Assembly: GCF_964204645.1 (NCBI RefSeq)
Contig: NC_134032.1
Location: 15,240,275-15,304,274 of the forward strand
Direction: 5' to 3'
From: Tubulanus polymorphus
Lineage: Eukaryota > Animalia > Nemertea
Length of the DNA stretch: 64,000 bases
The translations under genes and the position numbers were made by a program. Positions 51,223 to 64,000 of the stretch are shown here, in pieces (position 1 is the stretch's first letter; every line of letters begins with the position of its first letter). The notes beneath the pieces were generated by a model, which had not been told where the DNA came from, did not search any database, and saw only the letters and a list, made by a program, of their open reading frames with translations.

Positions 51223-53254
51223 CGTCTGTGCTTTAGTATCACACGGCACAATCGTTCAACAGCGCGGAATAATTTCTACGTTTGTTTAATATAAATCGAA
51301 AGAGGAAACTCCAGTTTTTACTACAAATGTCTACACACACGCGCGTGCGCACTCGGCCATGATTACTGTAATTGTTTGATAGGTCAACCCAGTACACACT
51401 GAATCGATTAGATACAAAACACGTCACGTTCTTCACCGGTTAACGTAAAGAATTAGATTAATTCCGGTATATACAGTTTGAATACGCAGACGTTACTCGG
51501 TATCGATGTTTTGGGTTCGATTCCCGATTTTCGCCGCTGTAGGCGTGATGTGCGAGCGCGCACGCATGCTCGCTTAAATACTATATATACACATACATTC
51601 TCATCGATTTTTTTAGATTTTCATCGCTAAATATTTTTCTGATCTGATGATGAATAATACTTTCTGAAGAATTCAATTCGATTCGTAGCGACTGACTGAC
51701 TGACAAGACCACCGATAAAGGGCGTAATTTATCCCTCTTATATAAAATATTATTCAAATATATTGATCGCAAACGTTTCAACGACGTTTCAACTGATTGT
51801 AGCCTTCACCTGAAAAAAAGGCCGCAAAGGAATAAAGATAGTTACCTACCTTGCCAGTCTTCTCTCCAATGGTTAATCGTGAAACCTACCCCAACTGTGG
51901 CAATCGAAGGTCCGCTAGGTGGCGCTGGTGTGAAATCAGTCCTCTAGGTACAATATAATTTGAAAAGACAAAGCTACTTTTGCAACTAAGGATCCGCTAG
52001 GTGGTGCTAGTATGAAGCCTCCTGTGGTAATCGGTGCTAAAGTCAACTTAGTATTAGGATCAACTTAGTACCAATTAGGATCGAAAGGTCCGCTAGGAGG
52101 CGGCGCTGGTGTTAAATCGATGGTGGCGCTGGTGTAATGAAGGTTTTCTGGGAACCTGTTGATTCTCTGACGATGCACTCGTCACGAGAGTGCGGAGTTA
52201 ATTTCGAGAGAAATTCGTTCGTTCGTTCGTTCCACAGTTGTGTGGGTTTAATTTAATCTGCACCCAGTTTTACAGTTGTGTGGTTTTAATTCGACACTGG
52301 ATCTTTTTCCACAGTTGTGCGGGTTTAATTTGATTTGTGCTGGTCCGTGGTCAAATAATATAATTCGCAAATTCAAATATACAACGACCGTTATTTTAGC
52401 CTCATTGTCACCAAGTTTAGCAGACGAATACCGTACTGGAACTGCACCACAATATCTCTGTGTGTCTACATAGAATAATTATCAAAAGCAATATACCTGA
52501 AAACATCGTTTCGTTTGTACGTCAGCAAAACGGTTTCAACGACATTTTGTCAATATTTATTTATCCGGAAATTCAATAACATTTGTCAAACATGAATATA
52601 GCAACAGCAGCGGCAGCAGCAGTAGCAGCAGCAGCAGCGGCAGCGGTGGCGGCGGTAGCGGCAGCGGCAGCAGCAGCAGCGAGATCATCTTCCCCTTTAT
52701 GCCGCTAGGGTTCTAGAAAAGCTTGTGTTGTACTAAATTACCCTAAAGGTCAAGGGAAAACTACTGGTAAAAAATCCTAACAAATGTGTCTGGTTTACCT
52801 CAAAGCTATCTACCACATAATACCTTGCATTGAACGACCATTCTTGACCAGCAGCTGCAGCAGCAGCAGCAGCAGCAGCAGCGGCGGCGGCGGCGGCGGC
52901 GGCAGCAGCAGCAGCAGCAGCAGCAAGCTCTCCGCTCCCAGTTTACTACAACATCACCAGTGAAATTCCAAGCGAGTCTTTAACGTGTTAGACCGAGATG
53001 CATTTTATTGTATAACACGTCCTTCATCGGGACGGTTTGTAGAATGTGTCAGACGCTGAGGGATGTATTTTATGGGAGCAGTCCTACTTCCAACCGGAAC
53101 GGTTTATGTTAGAAAGTGCAGGCTGTTACTAATTGGTAGTACAACATAAATTGCCGACGGCCATTTTTTATGTTGACAAACGACAGATGATCTCGAAGAG
53201 ACTAAATATTATACATGAGATTGTGTAAACATAATCAGTGTAGCATTGACAGAG

Positions 53255-54342
53255 CGGGATCAGTTCCGCAGTTCAGAACCCAGTTCCACAGTTCTGTGGA
53301 CCCAGTTCCACAGTTCTGTGGACCCAGTTCTACAGTTCTGGATCCAGTTCCACAGTTCTGTGGATCCAGTTCTACAGTTCTGGATCCAGTTCCACAGTTC
53401 TGGATCCAGTTCTACAGTTCAGGATCCAGTTCCACAGTTCTGGACCCAGTTCCGCAATCGAATATATGAATGAATATATTTATTTTGCACAGTAATTACA
53501 AGATCCAGTTCCACAGTTCTGGACCCAGTCCCACCGTTCTGGACCCAGTTCCACAGTTCAGGACCCAGTTCTACACTTCAGGACCCAGTTCCACAGTTCA
53601 GGATCCAGTTCCACAGTTCTGGACCCAGTTCCACAGTTCAGGACCCAGTTCTACAGTTCAGGACCCAGTTCCATAGTTCAGGACCCAGTTCCACAGTTCT
53701 GGATCCAGTTCCACAGTTCAGGACCCAGTTCCACAGTTCAGGACCCAGTTCCACAGTTCAGGACCCAGTTCCACATTTCTGGACCCAGTTCCACATTTCT
53801 GGACCCAGTTCCACAGTTCAGGACCCAGTTCTACAGTTCAGGACCCAGTTCCATAGTTCAGGACCCAGTTCCACAGTTCTGGATCCAGTTCCACAGTTCA
53901 GGACCCAGTTCCACAGTTCAGGACCCAGTTCCACAGTTCAGGACCCAGTTCCACATTTCTGGATCCAGTTCCACAGTTCAGGACCCAGTTCCACAGTTCA
54001 GGACCCAGTTCCACAGTTCAGGACTCAGTTCCACAGTTCAGGACTCAGTTCCACAGTTCAGGACCCAGTTCCACAGTTCAGGACCCAGTTCCACATTTCT
54101 GGATCCAGTTCCACAGTTCAGGACCCAGTTCCACAGTTCAGGACCCAGTTCCACAGTTCAGGACCCAGTTCCACATTTCTGGACCCAGTTCCACAGTTCA
54201 GGACCCAGTTCCACATTTCTGGATCCAGTTCCACAGTTCAGGACCCAGTTCCACAGTTCAGGACCCAGTTCCACAGTTCAGGACCCAGTTCCACATTTCT
54301 GGACCCAGTTCCACAGTTCAGGACCCAGTTCCACAGTTCAGG
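53255..54342. repeat. 20-bp satellite (GGACCCAGTTCCACAGTTCA)n
   Basis: About 50 copies with one short interruption. Confidence 0.95.
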
Positions 54343-55264
54343 AAAGTATGCAGCTTGCTGAGAGACTGGTCAGTGATAGATACTATATCTTATCGGTGAC
54401 AGCATCTGACACGATACGGATTACCCTAGCGATAAGTATCACCATCCATCAACACGACAGTGTCTCTACTTACTGAGAGAGTGCATACTGCCGATAGACT
54501 TTTTAGAGGGGGGAGGGGGAGAGGAGGGGAGAGGGGAGAGGAAGAGGGCGAGGGGCAAGGAGAGAGGGAAAGGGAGGGGAGAGGGGAGAGGGACGAGGGA
54601 GAGGAGGGAAGAGAGGGTAAGGGAGGGGAGGAGAGAGGGGGTTGGTGTTATGGTACGGTGTCGCTTGTGTGTATTTCGCTATGGTACGGTGTCGCTTACG
54701 TGTATTCCCTTATCATTGACCAGTAATTACCGCCACCTAGCGAACAACAACAAATATCACCGATCATACCCCACCAACAGGATCAAAATGGCGGATAGAT
54801 GTTACAATTTTGTTACCGACCATCACCGCCACCTGGTGAGCGATTAAAAATGGCTGATGCATATAAAATTATTTGCGACTGTTCACCTGTAACAGAAAAT
54901 GGGAGTTAACCACACCCCCCTTCCCCCTCCGCCTCCCCCTCCGCCTCCCCCTTCGCCTCCCCTCCGCCTCCCCCTCCCCTTATCGAGGTCCGTTCATTAG
55001 TTTCACGCTCGGTCGCCTCTACTCAGATATTTCTCGTTGCGGACCGGAAGTCGCACTATCAAACCGGAAATTACTGCTACGCTACCGTTTAAACGTATGG
55101 TTGGCGTATGCGGGGTTTATCCGAGTCGTTTGACGGGTTGTTTGAACTAACGCCGACGCAGGCAGACTACGTCGATATGCGTCCCGTTTGTACCGTGGAT
55201 TTCATCTTATATGAGACGTTTGATGTGTGATGATCTCTGAGCGAGAGGTGAGGGAGAGTGGGTG

Positions 55265-55295
<31 letters not shown>

Positions 55296-55609
55296 GGTAG
55301 GGAGAGAGATCGTTTTATCGTCATCATTATGGTCAGCAATAGAAGATGACAATCGGACGCTGTGTTATGATGAACCAGTTTAGAGTCTACATTCCCGCGA
55401 GAATCGTCTGCCTCTACGAAACATTGATATTTATGATATTATGACGTTGAATATTTATCTGTTTTTCTGTGTGAAATTATGAAATATCGCCCGCTACGGA
55501 AATGTGTTTTCTCTCTCTCACTCGCTCGCTCTGGATTACATAGCCTGCAGTGAAATTAATCAGTTATTCGCAGATTGTAGGTGTCACATAGAAAACATAT
55601 TCGTAGGGC

Positions 55610-55885
55610 TAGAACTGGATCCTGAGTTCAGAGTTAACTCAAACTCACACTGTGGAACTGGATCCTGAGTTCAGAGTTAACTCTTACTCACACTGTGGAA
55701 CTGGATCCTGAGTTCAGAGTTAACTCTTACTCACACTGTGGAACTGGATTATGAGTTCACAGTTAACTCTGAACTCACAAGTGGAACTAGATCCTGACTT
55801 CAGGGTTAACTCTAACTCACAACTGGGGAACTGGATTATGAGTTCACAGTTAACTCTAACTCTCACAACTGTGGAACTAGATCTT
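55610..55885. repeat. ~43-bp tandem repeat of a MITE-TIR-like unit
   Basis: Same unit as 8880-9000, about 6 copies. Confidence 0.88.
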
Positions 55886-57474
55886 TTAAGAAAATCATTA
55901 TTATAATTGTTATCTCAGTTACATTAGAAATGAACTAATTGAAATCCGAAGTCGAATCTTAACTCACAACCGTAGAACTGGTTCGTGAATTATAGTCAAA
56001 ATTCAAGGTCACCTGACATAGAACACGCGCGGACTTCCGTGTGGGTATGTCAGAGTTTAACAACCTAAACGATGTTTACCGAACACTTGTGGAATCATCA
56101 CTAACTTCAATTCACAATTAAAAAGTGCCACACGAAAATCTCCTCACAGAGTTTGATCTATCGCTCACCATTCTCTATAAGTTGTCCGATTTTTCGGAAT
56201 CAATGCTCTCAAGGTTTAATTATATGATGTGGTATTATAGAGGGCGTGGGTGACTATAAGTATTGTTTATCGCGTGGCGGTACTGCATTAATCAACATCA
56301 ATCAGAAACTAATAAAACCAAATCCTAGATTAGATCAGAAAGCGCGCCGCATCGAGGGACAAGATGGTCACACCCAACTTATAACGCACACTCATTCACA
56401 CTTTACCTGTCAATAAATCTGTGAAACCACGCCCAGATTCTGGTCAATCTTTCTTCAATGTGCAGAGTATCGATTAGATAACAACATCAAAGAATATATT
56501 TCATTATTCAAGTGTTGTTGATACTGCGACCGCCAGTGCTAGGACTCCTTAATCAAAAATTCATCGTCTTTTCTACTCCTGCTGTACTTACAAATCTATA
56601 CAAATAACTTACGCCCCCTGGCGGTCGAACTGGGTGGTCGATCGAAAGGGAGACACTAAAGGGAAAATAATGATGATATATAGTAATCCAGTAGCCATAG
56701 GATCAGCAAACCCCAATAACAGTATACTGAGGTTATGAAATGTTTTTGGTTTTTAAGCAGTGTACTAGGACAGTAATTAAAGATGGGGGCTATACAGAGG
56801 GCGCAAGGGTACGGTTCAGAAATATCCTCTGAGCTCAGCTTCGCAGCTCTTACGACACTTACGGTCCTGCTAAGTATCCGCACGAAACTTTGTAATGTCG
56901 TCTGTTGTTGAGACGCTGTTATTCATAGTGCAGCAACTAATATGCATAATAATTTGTGACCTTGTTGAACTGCGCTGACTTCTGATTGGCTAGTTAACCA
57001 CATTACACCGCGTTACAATACCTACAATTTGCCGTTGATAATAATATTGCGGCGTTATAATGGACCGATGCGGTCGTCTGTCGGTAATCACTCAAATATC
57101 GTCTGCCACGTCATTAGAGCGTTAATCACCAACGACAAATAATCGATAGTAATTTTATTACGATTCAATTTGCCCAAATGAGACAACGGCGTTTAATTTT
57201 TTCCATTAAGATTCTTGTCGGAGCCACCCACGGATTGACACTGCATTATAGGCTGTTACAAACGGACGACAGGAACTGGGAGACGGAATGATTGAATGAG
57301 CCTCCGTCAATCATTGAGCAGTCATAAAATGACTAGTAGTCGAAAATGATTGAATGAGCCTCCATCGTTCATTGAGATCTTTTCAAAATCAGTTCCTCTA
57401 TTCGGTTTCCGGTGTGGGGAAACACAGTGTGAAATACCACAGTATTATCTGGATGGTAGTAACATGATATACTA

Positions 57475-57605
57475 AAATACTCGGGCATATGTGCCCACAA
57501 CTAGCTGAGATACTCGGGCATATGTGCCCACAACTAGCTGAGATACTCGGGCATATGTGCCCACGACTAGCTGAGATACTCGGGCATATGTGCCCACGAC
57601 TAGCT
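57475..57605. repeat. 33-bp tandem repeat with GGGCATATGTGCCC near-palindrome
   Basis: 4 copies. Confidence 0.88.
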
Positions 57606-58289
57606 ATGAGGCATATAGGCCCAAAACAAGTTGGGAAACTAGGGAATATAGGCCCAGTACAAACATCAGGGTAACCGAGGTACAAGGTTGGGTGGCGGCC
57701 CATAGGGCTCGGATCGGATGTATTGACATATTGCCCTGGGGCTCTGGCATATTGCCCTGGGGCTCTGGTGGATTGATGCATTACTGTGATCATTTATTAA
57801 TACGAGGCTCGCAGATGACGAGAAAATAACAACGTCATAATTATAACATACATATACACAACGCGCAGAGAGATATCGTCTGCATCACGGATAATGACGC
57901 CTTTCTCTATCCAGGGATTAATTACCATACCGCAAAGGACGGTCTCGTCATCATCATCGTCGTCGTCAACGTTACGGATAAAAGTAAAGAAAAGACGAGG
58001 TTATTAAATATCTCATTTTCTTCGTTTCGGTTTCGGCTTCCTCGTTTTCCGTTCTCCATTTTCCTCTGTTTAATTACACTATTTACCGCCCGAAAACGAC
58101 GTAGTGAAATACCACGGTTCATTAGAAATCTTTTTCTCCCGGCGTCGTTTCGTGACGTGAGAGTCTATTTTTTCCAACTGCTCGATCGCTTGTGATTATG
58201 TGTTTGTTCTAGATGCTGACGTCATAGAGGGATTAATTAGTAGACCACGTGATTATAGAAAAAGGCCTCTTCTCGACGTGTATACAATA

Positions 58290-58420
58290 GTTCGGTCGAA
58301 CCCACTCCCCTCACAGCGTGAGTGGAGCAATCGCAATGAGGTTCTCGGTCGAACCCACTCCCCTCACAGCTGTGAGTGGAGCAATCGCAATGAGGTTCTC
58401 GGTGAACTTCTCCCCTCACA
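58290..58420. repeat. ~53-bp tandem repeat
   Basis: GGTCGAACCCACTCCCCTCACAGC..GAGTGGAGCAATCGCAATGAGGTTCTC repeated about 2.5 times. Confidence 0.8.
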
Positions 58421-60664
58421 GATGAGGTATCGATGTTCTTATTCAAGAAATTTCACAGAGTTTAGGACTTTCTCAAAGGAGACTCTTTACCAATCCCTCT
58501 TAATCGTACAGAACTGGAATAATATCGGATATTCAGTTGCTATCTGCGAATTTTGGCTTTCCTTTCAGACTCCTCAATGAGGTATTTATATGTACCCCAA
58601 AAAGCATGCAAAGTTTCCTCAGAAAGAAAACCACGCATCGTCCGTTCATGAATGGAATATAGTAGTTCATGTTCCGTGTTTAATGTTAATTCGTAGCCAA
58701 GGTGAAACGAAGACCAGGCAATTAATCATGTTTCGCTATAAGAACTGAAGATTTATTTGTTCACGAATTCAATAATGCTGGAAGCGGCCGTTTAGAAATA
58801 GGATGTTTTCGAATACACATTCTAAACTAATATCGGAACGAACTCGAGTGTTGTTACATTTATCGACCCATTTTATGCGCCGTGAAACGTAGCGGATATT
58901 ATTAAGTTTGTTAACAATACGCGACCGTTTTTCTTTTTGTTCTTTTTCTTTGCCGTTTGAAATTTCAAATTACCAACATCTATCATTGTTATTTGACACT
59001 TCGCTAATTGCGAACGTCGAATTTTCCAATTGGCGTCATGGCGACCTTTCCACTGGGGCTCTTTTGTATGAAACCGCTTTGGAAATGAAGATTTAGATAT
59101 CACCACATAGACAGGAATTCTTAATTTGGCATTACGATGTTCTTAAAGCAAAACGCACACGGCGGGAAAAATAGTTTTTTGCCCATCTTTTTCGACATGT
59201 TTTTGTTTATGCCGTGTGGTGTGTTTTTCAGGCAAAACACAAAACGGCAAACATAAAATTGTGGGTAAAACGTTTTGCCGTGTGTGTCGGGTTCTAAGGG
59301 AGCAGCACGGCGTGGATCCTTGTTAAACCTTGGCAGAGAAGGAGGATGAATCCAAAACTGCACGATGCCCGGCAGTCAGTGGAATACCTATGGTATTGGT
59401 AATATAAATGACCTGGTTATCTGACAGGTGTTCCGATAACACTATCATTCCCGATTGCCACCGGAAGCACTTACTTATACCGACATCTATCGATTAATCT
59501 ATACACTATACGCTAGCGGCTATTCCTGAGAACCAGCGGGTCTGGAAGCCATCGTCATTAGGGGTCAATATCCGACCGTTATGTCAATCACACCCGCGTC
59601 AGACGTCACGAATTGAATAGTCAGCTGTTTCTGATCTGGTACTCGGGCGGTAGAGGTCACCTTTTTAAACCGAGTCATGCGCATCCCAGACCAAAATCCT
59701 TTTAAATCGTTTTCATCATTTCAATTGTTGTTGATAATTTCTTTAGCAACAATGCGACCTTGATTAACATAATCAGTCACCATGGAAACTGCGTGTGAAC
59801 ATAGCTATTGTTATAATAATAACTAGATTATTCGGTAAAACTGCCCAATCTTTGCTTCAGTCACTGAATTTCGCGAGATCGTGTACATCGACGTACACAC
59901 ATAATGATTACCAGTCTGGTAATTACCAGAATCACGCTAACGTCGTCGTTTCGTTTCGTAAGGATTAATTACGTTTTTGATTAAATCTCTCTCGCAATTG
60001 CGCGCGCACCTGATAACGTATTTTCCTGACTCGTATTAGCCGAGTATAGTCACGAGACCACGTGACCGCGCCGCATCGGACGAATAGGCACACGCCAGAT
60101 ATTTGTTATATGATACATAACGGATTGTGTGAACATGTTAGTATTTAGATATTCACTGCGCAATTGTAACCAACTGTGGCAATCGAGGATCCGCTAGGGT
60201 GAATATTGAAATCAAATTATTAAGTTGATTCAATGAAGAATATTTTTTTCAATCATGTTGGAAAATTTTCTATACAATTTTCCATTGTGGATATCGAACA
60301 TCCGCCAGATGGCGTTAGTGTGGAAAAATAGACTTATCACATTGTTTATTCATTGGAGGTCGTTATTTACTGCGGCGATAGAGGATCCGCCAGATGGCGT
60401 TATGGAAAATGTCCAATCAAGCTCAATTTGATATCTGTAATAACATTTTGTCCGATGGTGGAACTCGCTGACTGTGGCAATCGATGATCCGCTAGATGGA
60501 GTTGGTGGATCTTATAGGTAATCCCTCGATTGCCAGAGTCGGCGGCATTAATCATTTCCGTGTGTATTCAATTAGGGTGTCTGTCTAAACGGGTGAGCCG
60601 CGCAGACGGCAACGACACAGTGGATTATTGACGGCTTATATCATATTCGATAGAATATTTCGTC

Positions 60665-60975
60665 ATACAGCGAAAATAAGATCCCCGCGAATAGATCGTC
60701 GCCAAAACAGCAAAAGTAAAATCACCGCGAATAGATCGTCGACGAAACAGCAAAAATAAGATCTCCGCGAATACATCGTCGCCAATATAACGAAAAAAAA
60801 ATCCTCGGAAATACAATACAGCAACAATAAGATCCTCACCAATACAGCAGATATAAGATCCTTGTAAATACATTATAACCAATACAGCAAAAATGATATC
60901 ATCGTGAATACATCAACCCCAATACAGCGAAAATAAGATCGTCGCGAAAATTTGCACCCGCAGTAATTTCGCGAC
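60665..60975. repeat. Degenerate ~40-bp tandem repeat
   Basis: AATACAGCGAAAATAAGATCCCCGCGAATAGATCGTCGCC variants. Confidence 0.7.
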
Positions 60976-61294
60976 GTATTTTTCATCAGTAGAAAATGAT
61001 GCAGTTATTACGCGCGCGGTGTAATAAATGTCGAAGGAGTACAGTTGTAATGAAACGGCTACAGCAATTTCTCATTGATGTTGATATCAATAATAATCAG
61101 CCGTGTGAAGCTGTAGCGCCGGTGTTCGTGACGCCCCCGGGACCTGCGGCGGATATGTCACATTTATTTATTTATTTCGTCATATTTCCGTCGTGTCGTC
61201 TGTAGCTGCTGTTGCTGTTTACAGCGAGTTTCCTTGCGCAGACGAATAAATGTATGATTAGGTGTTGTTAATTTAGGTATTATTCTGAAGGATA

Positions 61295-61800
61295 TCTCTC
61301 TCTCTCCTTGTCCCTGTTCCTGTTCCTGTCACTGCCACTGTCACTGGCCCTGTCCGCCCTCCCTGTCCCTCCCTGTCCCTCCATGTCCTCTCTGTCCCTG
61401 TCCCTCCCCCTGTCCCTGTCCCTCTCTCTCCCCCTTTTCCTCTCCCTGTCCCTGTCCCTCTCTCCCTCTCTCTCCCTGTCCCTCCCCCTGTCCCTGTCCC
61501 TCTCTCCCTCTCTCTCCCTGTCCCTCCCCCTGTCCCCGTCCCTCTCTCCCTCTCTCTCCCTGTCCCTCCCCCTGTCCCTGTCCCTCTCTCCCTCTCTGTC
61601 CCTGTCCCTCCCCCTGTCCCTGTCCCTCTCTCCCTCTCTGTCCCTGTCCCTCCCCCTGTCCCTATCCCTCTCTCCCTCTCTGTCCCTCCCCTCTCTGTCC
61701 CTCTCTCCCTCTCTGTCCCTGTCCCTCCCCCTGTCCCTTTCCCTCTCTCCCTCTCTGTCCCTCCCCTCTCTGTTCCTCTCTCCCTCTCTGTCCCTGTGGC
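61295..61800. repeat. CT-rich simple repeat
   Basis: (CCCTGT/CT)n. Confidence 0.93.
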
Positions 61801-63335
61801 TCTACCTCTCCCCGGCTCCCGGTGTATGTACATGGATGGAATATTTCAAGAAGATTTTCTGCTCAAGTTCAATATTTACGTGCATGAGTCTATACCGGTA
61901 ACTGATCGTCTGTCGAGACACGAACAGACCGGAAAGACGCCCCGCACGCGTTACGGGTACGTTTCATTATCGATTTATCGACCAGTGAAGACTTGCTGAT
62001 ACGATCCGCTAATCGATAAACTATAGTAGTAAAGAAAAATATCGTTTTGACGATCTACTTTTTTACGCGTTAAATCAAAACCGTAGAACCGACGATTAGT
62101 ACGCAATGTCAAGGCCGCTTCAGGCTGCGGGCACCGATTCAGGTCGTGTTATTCGAGAATGCGGAGATGATTTACCACAGTGCCCTTTCCCATCCCGAAA
62201 TTCTGAATTCTGAGTTGAAGTTTGTTAATACAAAACTAGTTTATTACGATGGATCCTAACATGTCCTTGCAGCTGGAATATTCGTATCAATCCAGATTTG
62301 GATAAAACGAAAAGAGCTCGATTTATGCGGCGATTCCACTTTAGCCCGCACAAGATTCGCACGAGATCCCTCTGTACTCAGTGGCGGATCCAGGGGCATG
62401 TTGTGACCATGTCGACCAATAAAAAGGGCATATATTCATAATTTAGGGCGGAAAATCTTTGAGATTTTACTATCATTTTAGAGCTTTCTGGGCATCTCTG
62501 AAAGGCATTTAGTCAAGAAACATAGGTTATATATTTAGGAAAAATATCTATTGTGTATCTCAGGTGGTTACAACGGCAAATTTTTATACAGAGAAAAAAA
62601 TTAACAGGCACTTTAAAATTCCGACCGTTTCGGTCGACACGGGCTAAATCCGCCCCTGGTACTTCCTTATTATAATGTATAAACTAGATAACGGTCGTGG
62701 TGTGTGAGTTATCATTTCAAAAAGATTTCGGTTTAGTAACTGTTGAGTAGAAACAAAACGGAACGTTTGAAATCATTGTTAGCCACGAAAAGGCGCCGTG
62801 TGTGCAGAGTATTATAAGTGCCCTTCCAAATCTGGTATTTAGTGGATGATATCCGGTATTTAGTGGATGATAGGTACTGGACCCGTCGCTGGGTCGGATA
62901 CTTGGCTTGTGTGTGGATACAAGGGCTATACGAGGAATAGCTGAAAAGGCAACTGGGCAACCCTGGGCAACCCTGGGCAGGGTAGTAGGTTGGATGACGG
63001 GTTCATGTTTGGAACAGGCGTGGCCGCTAATAATGCAAATTACACATTCGTGTAGATATCATTGTTTATGAAGGAATTTGTGTGAATTATGAGGTATTTA
63101 TGGTAACCCATTGCTGTGTGACAGTGTTCTAGGGCGTGGCGCTCACCAGAAACCATAACGCATCCGACGGTCAGCGTAACTAACTCAGACTATTTGGACT
63201 TCCGCAGTCCTCTCAGACTGAGTAGCGAGTGTATCTTCAACTAACTTTTGACTAACTGACCCCTGGAGCTGCAGATGAAAGATGATAACCGGTGGATAGA
63301 TACCGACTTTTGATTGTCACTGGACTAAAAAAAAG

Positions 63336-63408
63336 TGGAGAACCCGGGCATCGATCCCGGTACCTCTCACATGCTAAGCGAGCGCTCTACCATCTGAGCT
63401 AGTTCCCC
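63336..63408 (-). tRNA. tRNA-Ala(AGC), copy 1
   Basis: Reverse complement GGGGAACTAGCTCAGATGGTAGAGCGCTCGCTTAGCATGTGAGAGGTACCGGGATCGATGCCCGGGTTCTCCA; G3:U70 identity pair, anticodon AGC, T-run terminator. Confidence 0.96.
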
Positions 63409-63863
63409 GTGTTACAAATATATAAAATGCATTGGTTCATATCCGTCGAGTGGTTTGATTTTTTATTCATACTCATAGATATTTCGCACATCTGTGGTTT
63501 GCGCGCACAGTTTGTAACTGTGGCATATTCATCAACTTGTCATCTCTAACCAACTTTTGAGCAACTACAGCGCCCCCTGGAATCAGTAAAGGATCCAGTT
63601 CAACACTCCTGGGGCCAGTTAGAATTAACAATTGGATGGTTGAAAAAGTTACAATTGAAAGTTTATTGTACTTATTTGGTATTTATCCGCCAGTTTTCTT
63701 TAACCAACTTCTTTGACCGCCACTTTTCTTTGACCAACTGACCCCTGGGTCGGCAGACGAAAGATGATAACCAGCGGATAAATACCGAACTAACAATTGA
63801 CTTTTAATTGTCACTTTGTCAACTATCCACTGGTTTGGTTCTGGTTGGACAAAAAAAAGTCCG

Positions 63864-63936
63864 TGGAGAACCCGGGCATCGATCCCGGTACCTCTCACAT
63901 GCTAAGCGAGCGCTCTACCAATTGAGCTAGTTCCCC
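63864..63936 (-). tRNA. tRNA-Ala(AGC), copy 2
   Basis: As copy 1 except the D-loop (CAATTGG instead of CAGATGG). Confidence 0.96.
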
Positions 63937-64000
63937 GTGTTGAAGTGAAATGAAACGTATTGGTTGACATCCGTCGAATGGTTTGATTTTTTATTCATAC

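Noticed and set aside
51505-51530. GGTTCGATTCC B box as a tRNA gene
   Set aside because: No A box or cloverleaf around it.

Overview
Repeat-rich eukaryotic (bilaterian, probably protostome/spiralian invertebrate) genomic DNA; almost all ORFs in the supplied track are artefacts of simple and tandem repeats. Supported content: nine identical tRNA-Gly(GCC) genes plus one decayed copy, two tRNA-Met(CAT, elongator) and two tRNA-Ala(AGC) genes, one U2 snRNA gene, the first two coding exons of a KCNQ/Kv7 potassium channel gene (39914-40226 and 43903-44131, + strand; later exons not seen), a 1.77-kb non-autonomous DNA transposon with ~570-bp TIRs, small MITEs, LINE/SINE/Penelope-like remnants and many minisatellites. 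The most striking signal is a 34-copy, 69-bp satellite (28169-30513) lying between the two tRNA-Met genes. On the minus strand every unit reads as a minimal type I hammerhead ribozyme of the dimer-dependent, Penelope-associated kind. A second satellite (50-bp unit, 37034-37938) aligns to it column by column but has lost catalytic bases. A dispersed repeat family also seeds dozens of CTCF-consensus motifs across the window. All calls were made by eye, and repeat boundaries are approximate.
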